Below, one piece after another: positions 38,634 through 46,826 of a DNA stretch of 54,099 bases. A model generated the notes under the pieces. The model did no database searches. It saw nothing but the letters and a program-made list of their open reading frames with translations, and had not been told where the DNA came from. A program made the translations under genes and the position numbers. Where the stretch lies: IMG/VR virus record IMGVR_UViG_3300006737_000043, positions 1 to 54,099 of that record, one strand, 5' to 3'. The DNA is from a virus. Lineage: Duplodnaviria > Caudoviricetes. Within the stretch, counting starts at the first letter, position 1. Each line of letters begins with the position of its first letter.

Positions 38634-40606
38634 TGGTTGGATATTTCTGGATCAGCAATCATAGGTATCCGCCGCATAAATTTATTAGCGCCTTCTTCCA
38701 TAAACTGCTTAACCTTTGGTTTAACATCATCTACGATCTCTTCTGGGCATTCTACAACTATCTCATCATGAACTAGATTAACAATCCTAACTACACCAAA
38801 GTAGTTATTATCCATGATCCATTTAAATAGTTTGATACCAGCATACTTTGTTTGAGATGCAGCTGTACCTTGAATTACATAGTTTAGGCCTTTACGTTCG
38901 ATAATACCTTTCATTTTAAAGTATTCTCTTACAGTAGGCTTGTAATATTCTAAGTACTCTTCAGTCTCAAATGATTTATTCTGCCTGTAATCATCCCAGA
39001 AACCAGGTGTATCTATCTTTTCTTGTAAGGCTAAAAAGTCATCATAGAAATCTATAAAAGACTTACGTTTGCTTACAGGATCAATTAAAACATACCCAGT
39101 TGACAGTGGCTTCTTCTTTGCTATCTCAAAATAATTCTTCAATCCACTAAAAGCTTTGAAGTAATCCTCCTCCGCACGTTTAGCTATATCAATAGGAATG
39201 TTCAGGTTTCTACTAACCGTCTCACCCGTACCGCCATAGGCTAGTGCAAAGTTGAAGCCCTTCATTACCTGTCGCTTATCCTTGTGGAACTTCTTTATAT
39301 CCTCAAGTGTGACAGTAGCTAGTTCTTCATATACTACCTGAGCAGCATACGAATGTAGATCCGCACCTCCAGAAGTGTAAAACTTCACAAGGTTAGGTTC
39401 ATTAGAGATATCAGCAAGTATACGTGACTCTTGAGAAGCATAGTCACATACAATAATCTTGTTACCAGGCTCAGCTGTAAAACAAGATCTATGTCTATCA
39501 TCAGAAGGTATCTGTTGCAGATTAGGACTTTTTGTACGTCGATTGCCGCAAGACATACGACCAGTATCCTTTATCTGTCTAAATGTTGTATGAATTCTAT
39601 TTGTATTCTTATTAACAGAATCTAGAATAGTTTGACCAAAAGAACTCACGAGTTTAGTAGTTTTACTATACTCTATGTAAGTCTTCAGGATCTCAAACTT
39701 ATCTACCTGTTTACTAATAAGTTTCATATCTACACTGTGTTTATTAGCTTTGGTATCCCAGGTGTCAATACCTATAAGTTTAAATAACTCAAGGACTTGT
39801 TTATCTGAGTTCCAATTAATAGAACACTTTGTACCTTCTTCGAACAAGCTAAGCTGATTGTCGATAAACTTAGAACCAGGATAATTATCTATTACCCAAT
39901 TACTTAGTTCTTCAACCTTTATAGCTTGTTTACGTTTATCTTCCTGCATTTTAACAGACCAGGCTGCCGTATCTAAATGAATACCGCAGTGCTCTATATA
40001 AGCTAGAGCTACAACGAACTTATTTTCGAGGGATGCACAAGAGGAAAGATCATTGTTATCAAGAGCAAGTTCCTGTGATTCTTTGAGCTTATGCAGATAT
40101 TGCACGTCAGCTGCAGAATACTGGATCACTCTTGTCGAGTATCTTTCTTTGTGTATTAATCCTCGGATCTCTTTTTGTAGCTGTACTTTACAGTACCTAC
40201 GAAGACATCCATCTAGACCACGATAGCCAGCCGGCTTATCCATACCAGTTGTTAAGACAGATTCCGCTAGGAATGTATCAAAGACTTTAGTACAGTTAAA
40301 CCCTTGTTTAAATAGGAACCGAAGATCAAACTTTGCATTATGCATAATTAAAGTTCGAGACTCCAGTAGTTCTTTTAGAGGAGATATATCTACAGAGGCG
40401 ACGTCTATTACATATTCATTCTCGCCTGTACCGATTTGAAGATAGATAAGAGCACACGTATGTGGATCAAATCCCTCCGTCTCGGTGTCGATTGCTAGTA
40501 TATGATGATAGTGAATATCTTTCATCATATCAATTAGAGACTTATGTTGAATAGTAGGTGGATACTTTTTGAACAGCTCTAACTGGTTAGTAATCAGGTA
40601 TATCAT
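38621..40606 (-). CDS. polA: DNA polymerase family A with 3'-5' exonuclease
   Basis: DTET, HNAKFD, YSAADV, TGRMS, PNLQQIP, DYASQESR, KGFNFALAYG, IQGTAA, VHDE. Confidence 0.96.
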   Translation of the reverse strand: MIYLITNQLELFKKYPPTIQHKSLIDMMKDIHYHHILAIDTETEGFDPHTCALIYLQIGTGENEYVIDVASVDISPLKELLESRTLIMHNAKFDLRFLFKQGFNCTKVFDTFLAESVLTTGMDKPAGYRGLDGCLRRYCKVQLQKEIRGLIHKERYSTRVIQYSAADVQYLHKLKESQELALDNNDLSSCASLENKFVVALAYIEHCGIHLDTAAWSVKMQEDKRKQAIKVEELSNWVIDNYPGSKFIDNQLSLFEEGTKCSINWNSDKQVLELFKLIGIDTWDTKANKHSVDMKLISKQVDKFEILKTYIEYSKTTKLVSSFGQTILDSVNKNTNRIHTTFRQIKDTGRMSCGNRRTKSPNLQQIPSDDRHRSCFTAEPGNKIIVCDYASQESRILADISNEPNLVKFYTSGGADLHSYAAQVVYEELATVTLEDIKKFHKDKRQVMKGFNFALAYGGTGETVSRNLNIPIDIAKRAEEDYFKAFSGLKNYFEIAKKKPLSTGYVLIDPVSKRKSFIDFYDDFLALQEKIDTPGFWDDYRQNKSFETEEYLEYYKPTVREYFKMKGIIERKGLNYVIQGTAASQTKYAGIKLFKWIMDNNYFGVVRIVNLVHDEIVVECPEEIVDDVKPKVKQFMEEGANKFMRRIPMIADPEISNHWKK

Positions 40607-40839
40607 CAGTCTTCAGGAGGAGTATTAAGCTCTTCAGTTAGTTCATCATACAACTCCCTCTCCCATCTATCTCTAATTACAGGGCTAACTATATCAATAA
40701 TAGACTCCCCCTTATGAAAGACATCGGTAATAACAACATACCCGCCATCAGGTGGATCATAATATGTACCCGGAACTTCCTCATAGTACTCTAATTCTAG
40801 TACCAAATCAATATCAAATTCTTCTATCTCTCTATTCAT
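40606..40839 (-). CDS. Small acidic hypothetical protein
   Basis: PGTYYDPPD motif; TGATG-coupled to polA. Confidence 0.7.
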   Translation of the reverse strand: MNREIEEFDIDLVLELEYYEEVPGTYYDPPDGGYVVITDVFHKGESIIDIVSPVIRDRWERELYDELTEELNTPPED

Positions 40840-41051
40840 CTTATTGCAGATTTAAAGAACCAAGCAGTTGATACCCCTTGATTCGTAACCATTTCGTTAT
40901 GTCTAGACATATAATCTATAGCACTCTTTTGGTCACGGGTAACCAGAGCTACAGCAATTTTACGGTCGACTAATGTAACAACAACAACGACATAAACCTC
41001 ATCGGTTGTGTGTACAAATAATCTCTTTAGTTTTTTTAGAATATTTTTCAT
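40836..41051 (-). CDS. Hypothetical protein
   Basis: ATGA-coupled ORF. Confidence 0.6.
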   Translation of the reverse strand: MKNILKKLKRLFVHTTDEVYVVVVVTLVDRKIAVALVTRDQKSAIDYMSRHNEMVTNQGVSTAWFFKSAIR

Positions 41052-41068
41052 AATTGGTAATTTAATTG

Positions 41069-41142
41069 TACTCCTGACAGGACTTGAACCTGTAGCCTAC
41101 AGCTTAGAAGGCTGTTGCTCTATCCAGTTGAGCTACAGGAGC
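41069..41142 (-). tRNA. tRNA-Arg(TCT)
   Basis: Acceptor GCTCCTG/CAGGAGT, D arm GCTC..GAGC, anticodon arm ACAGC-CTTCTAA-GCTGT, T arm ACAGG-TTCAAGT-CCTGT; CCA not encoded. Confidence 0.95.
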
Positions 41143-41148
41143 TTAGAC

Positions 41149-41382
41149 TTATCTTTCTAGGACTTTATCTATAGAATCCTCTAATGCTTGAGATGCACTA
41201 GATATTAACAGACTAGTATCATTGTGGTCAAGAGACACAGATACTATTTTATTTATTTCTTTCTCGACACCGTTAAGGTGATACCTAAGCTTATTCTTAA
41301 ACTTGGCATCACCCTCGGTTTCATCGAGAAGTTCTAACAAAGTAACCGCAGTTACAAATATTTTAACTTCAAGGTTCTTCAT
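41149..41382 (-). CDS. Hypothetical protein
   Basis: TAATG-coupled helical ORF. Confidence 0.65.
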   Translation of the reverse strand: MKNLEVKIFVTAVTLLELLDETEGDAKFKNKLRYHLNGVEKEINKIVSVSLDHNDTSLLISSASQALEDSIDKVLER

Positions 41383-41855
41383 TAGTCACATACAGAGGAT
41401 TCATTTAAACAATCCCAAACATTAGTACTATTGCCCCACGCTCTATTAAATCTAACTAAATCAATCATAAGATAGTTAGAGTCAGGAGCAGGATCAGGAT
41501 CAAAACTACTTTCCATATGCTCTAATCTTAGACTTAACATTGCATTATTCTTTTCCGTAATTGCATTTTCAATATAAGAATCAGTTATACTATCAACTGT
41601 AACCCCATCCACTTTACCTACTATAGTCATTATATCTCTATACTTACTAATCAAGGAACCTACCTTTCTTGTCTGTCCATACTTAGCAGATATCTCCTCT
41701 GCTAATTTCTGTACTTTCTTACAATCAGTAGGTAAGTAAGGCATTCCTTTGTTACCTTTTACGTTACTTATCTTTGTTAGCTTTTGCTTTCTAGCTTCAT
41801 ATAATAAATGAGCTTCTTCTTGAGAGCTCCATATCTTATTTCCCATAAGTTCCAA
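41382..41855 (-). CDS. Hypothetical protein, possible Myb/HTH-like N-terminus
   Basis: WSSQEEAHL...RKVGSLISKY pattern; start may be ATG 41846. Confidence 0.6.
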   Translation of the reverse strand: MELMGNKIWSSQEEAHLLYEARKQKLTKISNVKGNKGMPYLPTDCKKVQKLAEEISAKYGQTRKVGSLISKYRDIMTIVGKVDGVTVDSITDSYIENAITEKNNAMLSLRLEHMESSFDPDPAPDSNYLMIDLVRFNRAWGNSTNVWDCLNESSVCD

Positions 41856-41865
41856 ATTTTAAGTT

Positions 41866-41915
41866 AAAAAAAAAGAGGGGACAACATACCTGTTTAGATT
41901 AATTGTCATCCCCTC
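41866..41915 (-). terminator. Intrinsic terminator with large loop
   Basis: GAGGGGA-TGACAA...TTGT-CCCCTC followed by T9 on the minus strand. Confidence 0.75.
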
Positions 41916-41940
41916 CTCTACTTTGAAAATATCAGTTACA

Positions 41941-42483
41941 TTAACGAGTTAATAAATCATTAACATCGATGCCTGGGCTAGCAACTGATTCCATTGTAGG
42001 CTTTGCAGCCCAAGTATGAGTAGCAACAGCACCCGGTACCAATTCAGTATGACGGTACACAGGATCATTGCTACCTGTATCAGAATTAAATCCAGTTACA
42101 ATCTCTCCTGTGCCAGGATTAATCTTTGGCTGATGAGAGTTGCTATATGGATTAGCAGTAAAGTTCTCTGTTACTTGGATAGAAACATCCTGTCCTTTAA
42201 ACATTTGAGAAGCAAATATTGCTTTATTCTCTCCCATATCAGAGAAATCCATATCCGTACCACCCAACAAAGGTTGAGCTACTTCTTTCGCAAAAGAGAA
42301 GATTGCACTTACAGTCTGTACTGGATTAATTCCTTGAGCTAGAGATACTAAACTATTAGTAGTCTGAGGAGATTCAATTTGCTGGAAGAATTGAACAGCT
42401 ACCTGCTCAGAATTATTCTTATTAGTCCAACACTTACGAACGACAACTTTGCCTGTTGCCAAGGCTTCTGTAAAACTATTCAT
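41941..42483 (-). CDS. Hypothetical protein
   Basis: PKINPGTGE...PVYRHT; A-rich leader and downstream terminator. Confidence 0.75.
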   Translation of the reverse strand: MNSFTEALATGKVVVRKCWTNKNNSEQVAVQFFQQIESPQTTNSLVSLAQGINPVQTVSAIFSFAKEVAQPLLGGTDMDFSDMGENKAIFASQMFKGQDVSIQVTENFTANPYSNSHQPKINPGTGEIVTGFNSDTGSNDPVYRHTELVPGAVATHTWAAKPTMESVASPGIDVNDLLTR

Positions 42484-42505
42484 GATAGTTATAAAAAATT
42501 AAAAA

Positions 42506-43066
42506 TTAACAAATAGAGAAACCGCCTGACATCAGACAGAACTCTGCGAATTCTCGTACGTTCTCAATACTAAAATGATAATTTGTACTGAAAGGCCTAC
42601 GAGTGCCTTTACCGTGACAGCCATTGCAATCTCCCTGAACATACATATCATCACGTTGCCCACTACCTTCACAGATAGGACAAGTTTCATCAGGTTGAAC
42701 ATCTAGCTCCATTTGTCTTGTTAACTCATGAGAAGCAACGCTTCCATCGTTAACTAAATCCATAAGAATTCTACCCATCAGGATAGATTTCTCTTCACTT
42801 ATTTCGTGGCCTGCATTCTGAAAGCCATTCTCCATATCTTCTTCAGTTATAACTGTACAACATGGAGTATGAAAGCACACATATTCCCACAATGGTCTCC
42901 AATACCAGATATTATTTCTAAAATATACACCTGTGTTAGCTTGTTCAAATTCATGTTGAAGCTCTGCATATTCATGAAATCCATCTTCACCGAACTGAAC
43001 TGTATCTGGCTTCGGAGGACCATCAGGATTAACCATAGGATCTAATCCATATAAATCAAAACCCAT
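42506..43066 (-). CDS. Hypothetical protein with a DnaJ-type zinc-finger insert
   Basis: MGFDLYG, YFRNNIWYWRPLW, CPICEGSG...CNGCHGKG, SGGFSIC. Confidence 0.8.
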   Translation of the reverse strand: MGFDLYGLDPMVNPDGPPKPDTVQFGEDGFHEYAELQHEFEQANTGVYFRNNIWYWRPLWEYVCFHTPCCTVITEEDMENGFQNAGHEISEEKSILMGRILMDLVNDGSVASHELTRQMELDVQPDETCPICEGSGQRDDMYVQGDCNGCHGKGTRRPFSTNYHFSIENVREFAEFCLMSGGFSIC

Positions 43067-43294
43067 TTACCACCAAGTATGACATTGAACATTTCCATTA
43101 CGATCTGTCTCACGACTTGACGTTCTCTGCCACTTACCTGGCTTCTTCTTACCACATTTACTTTCTTGTCCCCAACCATGTGAGCCAGAGTTACCATAAG
43201 TAGAACGGCTACTAGTGCAGCCCGTGCAGCTAAATATCATTAGCCAGAACATAAGTACAATTAAGTACGGATTAGTTTTAATAAGATTTTTCAT
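43067..43294 (-). CDS. Small putative lipoprotein
   Basis: Basic N-terminus, hydrophobic core, lipobox-like FSCTGC. Confidence 0.6.
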   Translation of the reverse strand: MKNLIKTNPYLIVLMFWLMIFSCTGCTSSRSTYGNSGSHGWGQESKCGKKKPGKWQRTSSRETDRNGNVQCHTWW

Positions 43295-43307
43295 CAGTAA
43301 AAAGTAT

Positions 43308-43315
43308 TATATTTG
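43308..43315 (+). promoter_or_regulatory. -7 promoter element (TATATTTG)
   Basis: TAnnTTTG-TAAA-ATG, same spacing as at 5353. Confidence 0.65.
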
Positions 43316-43319
43316 TAAA

Positions 43320-43637
43320 ATGGCACGAAATAAATTAGCAGGTAAACGTACAGGAACTTCCAAAACAGCTAAGCACTATGCAAAGAATGCAAAGTCAAGA
43401 GCAAAGAAGAAGAAGTATGATACAGAATACTCATCTAAGAAGTCTGCCAAAAAGAAAAGAGTGCAAAGCAACAAAGCCAACAGAAAATCTGGAACCTATG
43501 GCAAAGGTGACGGCCTAGATGCTTCACACTCTAAAAGAGGAAAGATCCGAATGGAGCCCCAATCAAAGAACAGGGCTCGCAACGGATCAGAAAGGGGCAG
43601 ACCTAAATCTGCCCCACGGAGAAAAACTACTCGATAG
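43320..43637 (+). CDS. Highly basic protein with an HNH-like C-terminal motif (105 aa)
   Basis: K/R-rich; DGLDASH...EPQSKNRAR; start set to ATG 43320 after the promoter. Confidence 0.7.
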   Translation: MARNKLAGKRTGTSKTAKHYAKNAKSRAKKKKYDTEYSSKKSAKKKRVQSNKANRKSGTYGKGDGLDASHSKRGKIRMEPQSKNRARNGSERGRPKSAPRRKTTR

Positions 43638-44286
43638 TTGGTATACGATAGATTTCGTAAACTTCATATGCCCAAGGCTGCTTATCTACAACCTGACCAT
43701 AGCCAATATTGTGTAAGACTTTTGGAGGATGAGTATATTGAACACCATCTTCCATAGCAATAGCAATATGATCAAGATTGCCTGGCATTTTAAACCAGAT
43801 AATATCGCCTTTATAAATAGGCGTAAGTTTGCCTTTATACTTAACGCTCCAGCCCTCTGCAGTAAACAAAGCACCGATATTCCTAACACGACGATGATCA
43901 ATATGACGATCAATCGGAAGTCCCTGAGTCACACGAAGAGCACGCACATGCTCAGCTAAACACATATCTATTTTATGGAAAGCACGGATAACAACGTCAG
44001 AGCACACACCTACATCAGCAGGCACGTCATCACATAAGTTATCTAGTCTACGATATGACCCATCATATATAATAGAAGGATCTATTAGCTCATCAAGATG
44101 CGAAATAAAATCATCTTTCAATGAAGTATGCTCGTCATCTTTAGGCATATCCGCAATTATTTGTTCGACGAGAATGTCGATAAATGCAGATCCATCTAGA
44201 TCTTCCTGAGTCTCTTGAGCATTAGTGCTCAATACAATTATAAATCCACTAAGGATTGTAGTTAAAATTAATTTAAAAGAATTCAT
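43627..44286 (-). CDS. DUF1287 (YijF-like, NlpC/P60-related) exported protein
   Basis: Signal peptide; YDGSY, GVCSDVVIRA, IDHRRVRN, GDIIWF, HIAI, HNIG. Confidence 0.85.
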   Translation of the reverse strand: MNSFKLILTTILSGFIIVLSTNAQETQEDLDGSAFIDILVEQIIADMPKDDEHTSLKDDFISHLDELIDPSIIYDGSYRRLDNLCDDVPADVGVCSDVVIRAFHKIDMCLAEHVRALRVTQGLPIDRHIDHRRVRNIGALFTAEGWSVKYKGKLTPIYKGDIIWFKMPGNLDHIAIAMEDGVQYTHPPKVLHNIGYGQVVDKQPWAYEVYEIYRIPTIE

Positions 44287-44588
44287 GATTTCTCATTTTC
44301 AAGGTGATCACAAGTCCACACCATATAATACTTACGCCCATTAAGCAGATGAGACGCATAGGTCTCATTACGCTTAGGTGAGCTGTTCATGTATCGGTCT
44401 AGTTTAGGCTTGTGTAAAAAGAATTTAAAATTACCACGGTTAGGATAGATATTATCCATAACCTCATTAGTCTTAGGACACTTGTTATTATACTTAACGG
44501 TCCTATACATATCATACAGATACTCTTTGTCATAGCTTGGCAGTTTGCTCCATGCAAATCCTACACATAAGTTCTCTAAAAAATCCAT
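44283..44588 (-). CDS. Hypothetical protein
   Basis: Coupled ORF. Confidence 0.65.
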   Translation of the reverse strand: MDFLENLCVGFAWSKLPSYDKEYLYDMYRTVKYNNKCPKTNEVMDNIYPNRGNFKFFLHKPKLDRYMNSSPKRNETYASHLLNGRKYYMVWTCDHLENEKS

Positions 44589-44779
44589 TAGCCTTTTAAA
44601 GAATTTTTATCTAGCCAACAATCTAGAGCATCTTGCTCAGATTCAAGAGCACGTATCTCTCTTTGTATTTCTTTCATACGATTCTTAGTTTCTGCAACTA
44701 ATGCATCTTCTGCTTGCTTGTGTTCTTTCCAGGCAGTTTCTGTCCAGGACACAACTCGGTTTGGATTAATGTTATCCAT
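44588..44779 (-). CDS. Small coiled-coil hypothetical protein
   Basis: Start moved to ATG 44779 because the GTG at 44809 lies inside a terminator hairpin. Confidence 0.65.
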   Translation of the reverse strand: MDNINPNRVVSWTETAWKEHKQAEDALVAETKNRMKEIQREIRALESEQDALDCWLDKNSLKG

Positions 44780-44796
44780 AATAAAACAATATTTAT

Positions 44797-44824
44797 AAAA
44801 AGGACCCACTTGTAGGTAGGGTCC
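44797..44824 (-). terminator. Intrinsic terminator
   Basis: GGACCC-N11-GGGTCC followed by TTTTT on the minus strand. Confidence 0.7.
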
Positions 44825-44922
44825 AGCTCCTGTAAATTAATTATTAGAGTGCTTATCCATTACGGCTGACACTATCTCAGAATAGTCAGTGGTATTGCTT
44901 GACTCATCTCTCTAATAAAGCA

Positions 44923-45054
44923 TTATATAATACTCATCGCTGCAAGTATGCAGACGGTAATAATAGTTGTTAGATAAACGCACAAGAAATACCACATAAT
45001 CTTATCTACTAAGCTTGGTGGATCTTGGTCGTCGTATTTCTTTATCTTCTTCAT
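44923..45054 (-). CDS. Small single-pass membrane protein (43 aa), not in ORF track
   Basis: MKKIKKYDDQDPPSLVDKIMWYFLCVYLTTIITVCILAAMSII. Confidence 0.55.
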   Translation of the reverse strand: MKKIKKYDDQDPPSLVDKIMWYFLCVYLTTIITVCILAAMSII

Positions 45055-45200
45055 TGGTTCTAAAGGGCTTAACAATGTTGGGACACGCTCTGTCCTGTCG
45101 TTTATATATTGGACGTTTCATTGATAAAAGATTGGTTGGGAGAGCTCAAAGGTGCCCTCCCTAAACCTTGTACAAATTATACTCTTGATGAGTGCATGAG

Positions 45201-45269
45201 TTACGCATTAGGATTAACAACGTACTCAAGAACAGTGACAACACCGTTGATAACAATGAACTTGTTCAT
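45201..45269 (-). CDS. Putative 22-aa peptide (MNKFIVINGVVTVLEYVVNPNA)
   Basis: ATG after an unstructured AT-rich leader; codon style similar to the upstream gene. Confidence 0.4.
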   Translation of the reverse strand: MNKFIVINGVVTVLEYVVNPNA

Positions 45270-45363
45270 AGTAAAGTAAAATAAAAGAATGTATCTACCT
45301 GTTAGTGGTCATAGATAGAAAATACCATATACATATATCATATGAGATGATAGTGAACCAAAC

Positions 45364-45383
45364 AGATAGCCCGAAGGCTACCT
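45364..45383 (-). terminator. C(UUCG)G-capped hairpin, probable terminator/processing site
   Basis: AGGTAGCC-TTCG-GGCTATCT then GTTT, 14 nt after the stop of 45398-45829. Confidence 0.65.
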
Positions 45384-45397
45384 GAGAGGTTAGTACG

Positions 45398-45829
45398 CTA
45401 AACAGCGACCATAGTTGCTCCTGTCTGCTTGTGCATACCAACAAAGGCTTTCGTTAGTAGACCAAGACAGTCGTTCAGAGCTTGTACGCCTCCGTTAGAC
45501 TCTGCTCTGTAGTTAGTGTCGCTACATAAGCTGGCCATACGCTGACTAATAGACTTGCTGACAACGATGTTGCTCTCCCAGTCCTCACAAGAGAACCAGA
45601 TAGTAGCACGTCCGTCAGCTGATAGACGAAGCTTGCCGCCGTCTTCTACAGATGTAAGACCTAACGAAGAGACGAAGTTACCTTTAGCACGAAGCTTGGT
45701 AAGGAACTCGACGATAGGTACCCTGTTAGTAAAGTACTCTGCTGAACTGAGAGACTGTACCTCCCTACCGTTAGCTTTGATGTCGTTGAATAAAGCAGTA
45801 AATGCTTGAGTGTTTGTAGCTGATGCCAT
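45398..45829 (-). CDS. Hypothetical protein, probable first early gene
   Basis: 143-aa ORF immediately downstream of the non-coding GGGGTAG region. Confidence 0.7.
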   Translation of the reverse strand: MASATNTQAFTALFNDIKANGREVQSLSSAEYFTNRVPIVEFLTKLRAKGNFVSSLGLTSVEDGGKLRLSADGRATIWFSCEDWESNIVVSKSISQRMASLCSDTNYRAESNGGVQALNDCLGLLTKAFVGMHKQTGATMVAV

Positions 45830-45982
45830 AACTGAAACTGAATACTACCTGGTTAGTTGGCGAAATTGCCACAAAAGACCACGGGGGTAGTGCCCGTTGG
45901 CCCAAGCAATTGCCGGGGTAGCTATAGGTATTACCAGCGGTCTCTTCCACATGAGTTTTTCAGATCCTGGGTAGGGGGACAT

Positions 45983-46009
45983 AAAAAACCCCCGCACTTT
46001 ATACGGGGG
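45983..46009 (-). terminator. Intrinsic terminator
   Basis: CCCCCG-TATAAAGTG-CGGGGG followed by T6 on the minus strand. Confidence 0.8.
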
Positions 46010-46090
46010 CATTTCTTCTAAAAGAAAGTAACCAAAGAAAAAAGGAGGTAGAAGAAATTATTAATTAGCTACGATTGCTAATCAGTAGCG
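45983..46090 (-). ncRNA. Putative ~105-nt small RNA
   Basis: Bounded by a TTG-N20-TAGCTTTG promoter and an intrinsic terminator; 5' hairpin, pyrimidine-rich middle, no ORF contained within it. Confidence 0.4.
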
Positions 46091-46121
46091 CAAAGCTACG
46101 ACATAATTTTTTAAAAGTCAA
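46091..46121 (-). promoter_or_regulatory. Bacteroidota-type promoter (-33 TTG, 20-nt spacer, -7 TAGCTTTG)
   Basis: Both elements are present at consensus spacing. Confidence 0.6.
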
Positions 46122-46438
46122 GCTCCACAGCTTAAACATTCCTCCTGGTCTAGATCACATCTTTCCATAGACTTAATCTTTTCCTCAGCTTCTGCTAACT
46201 TATCTGTGTCTATAAAGTTGGGTTCATCCCAGTCAGTTGGTTCGACATCTTCTGTTACCGACAGTAGTTCCCATGTTTCAAGGTCTAGTTCTTTGATCTG
46301 TGCTAACAGTTCTTGCCAACGAGCATCAGCTGCTTCGTGACTACCTAGGTCATATGCATTGTTCATATGCAGGTTTGCCCAGATTCTTGCGTTTTCTTTT
46401 AGTAGCGCATCTACTTTTTCTCTTATGTTACTTTCCAT
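46118..46438 (-). CDS. Acidic hypothetical protein with C-terminal CxxxxxxCxxC motif
   Basis: Ends CDLDQEECLSCGA; ATG 46438 preferred over the TTG in the terminator tail. Confidence 0.7.
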   Translation of the reverse strand: MESNIREKVDALLKENARIWANLHMNNAYDLGSHEAADARWQELLAQIKELDLETWELLSVTEDVEPTDWDEPNFIDTDKLAEAEEKIKSMERCDLDQEECLSCGA

Positions 46439-46451
46439 AATACTAATGGAC

Positions 46452-46485
46452 AAAAAAACTACTGGAGGTTGACCCCCCAGTAGTT
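46452..46485 (-). terminator. Intrinsic terminator
   Basis: AACTACTGGGGG-GTCAA-CCTCCAGTAGTT followed by a T-run on the minus strand. Confidence 0.8.
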
Positions 46486-46501
46486 AGATATGCCTCCTTT
46501 T

Positions 46502-46771
46502 TTATTTAAGATTATTAAAATATAGTCGTCTCACTATATCACCCAGGAAGTTTTCGTCTAGAAGCTCATTGATCTTGTCTCTGATCTCCCCACTAGTTGC
46601 ACCATGTAGGTCTTTTTCTTCGAGTTCTTTGGTCCACTCGAGTAATTGTGCGACTACAAGGACAAAGTATGGCCCATGTAAACTACATAGGTATTCATAC
46701 TCTTCATCGGGTAGGGGAAATACAATTAATCCTCTAGTTTCTTCTTCTAATGGATGTCTTAGATTTGACAT
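46502..46771 (-). CDS. Hypothetical protein
   Basis: ATG 46771 lies 3 nt after TATATTTG (46775-46782) and the gene has its own terminator. Confidence 0.65.
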   Translation of the reverse strand: MSNLRHPLEEETRGLIVFPLPDEEYEYLCSLHGPYFVLVVAQLLEWTKELEEKDLHGATSGEIRDKINELLDENFLGDIVRRLYFNNLK

Positions 46772-46826
46772 ATTCAAATATACGAATTACAATTTATAAC
46801 TTATAACTAAATCGGCTAGGAAAAAA

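Noticed and set aside
41069-41142. tRNA as an amber suppressor (loop contains CTA)
   Set aside because: The 7-nt loop CTTCTAA puts TCT, not CTA, at the anticodon positions, so it is Arg.
44837-44923. Second TAG read-through ORF (MLY*RDESS...)
   Set aside because: Only 28 codons with no supporting homology; consistent with chance.
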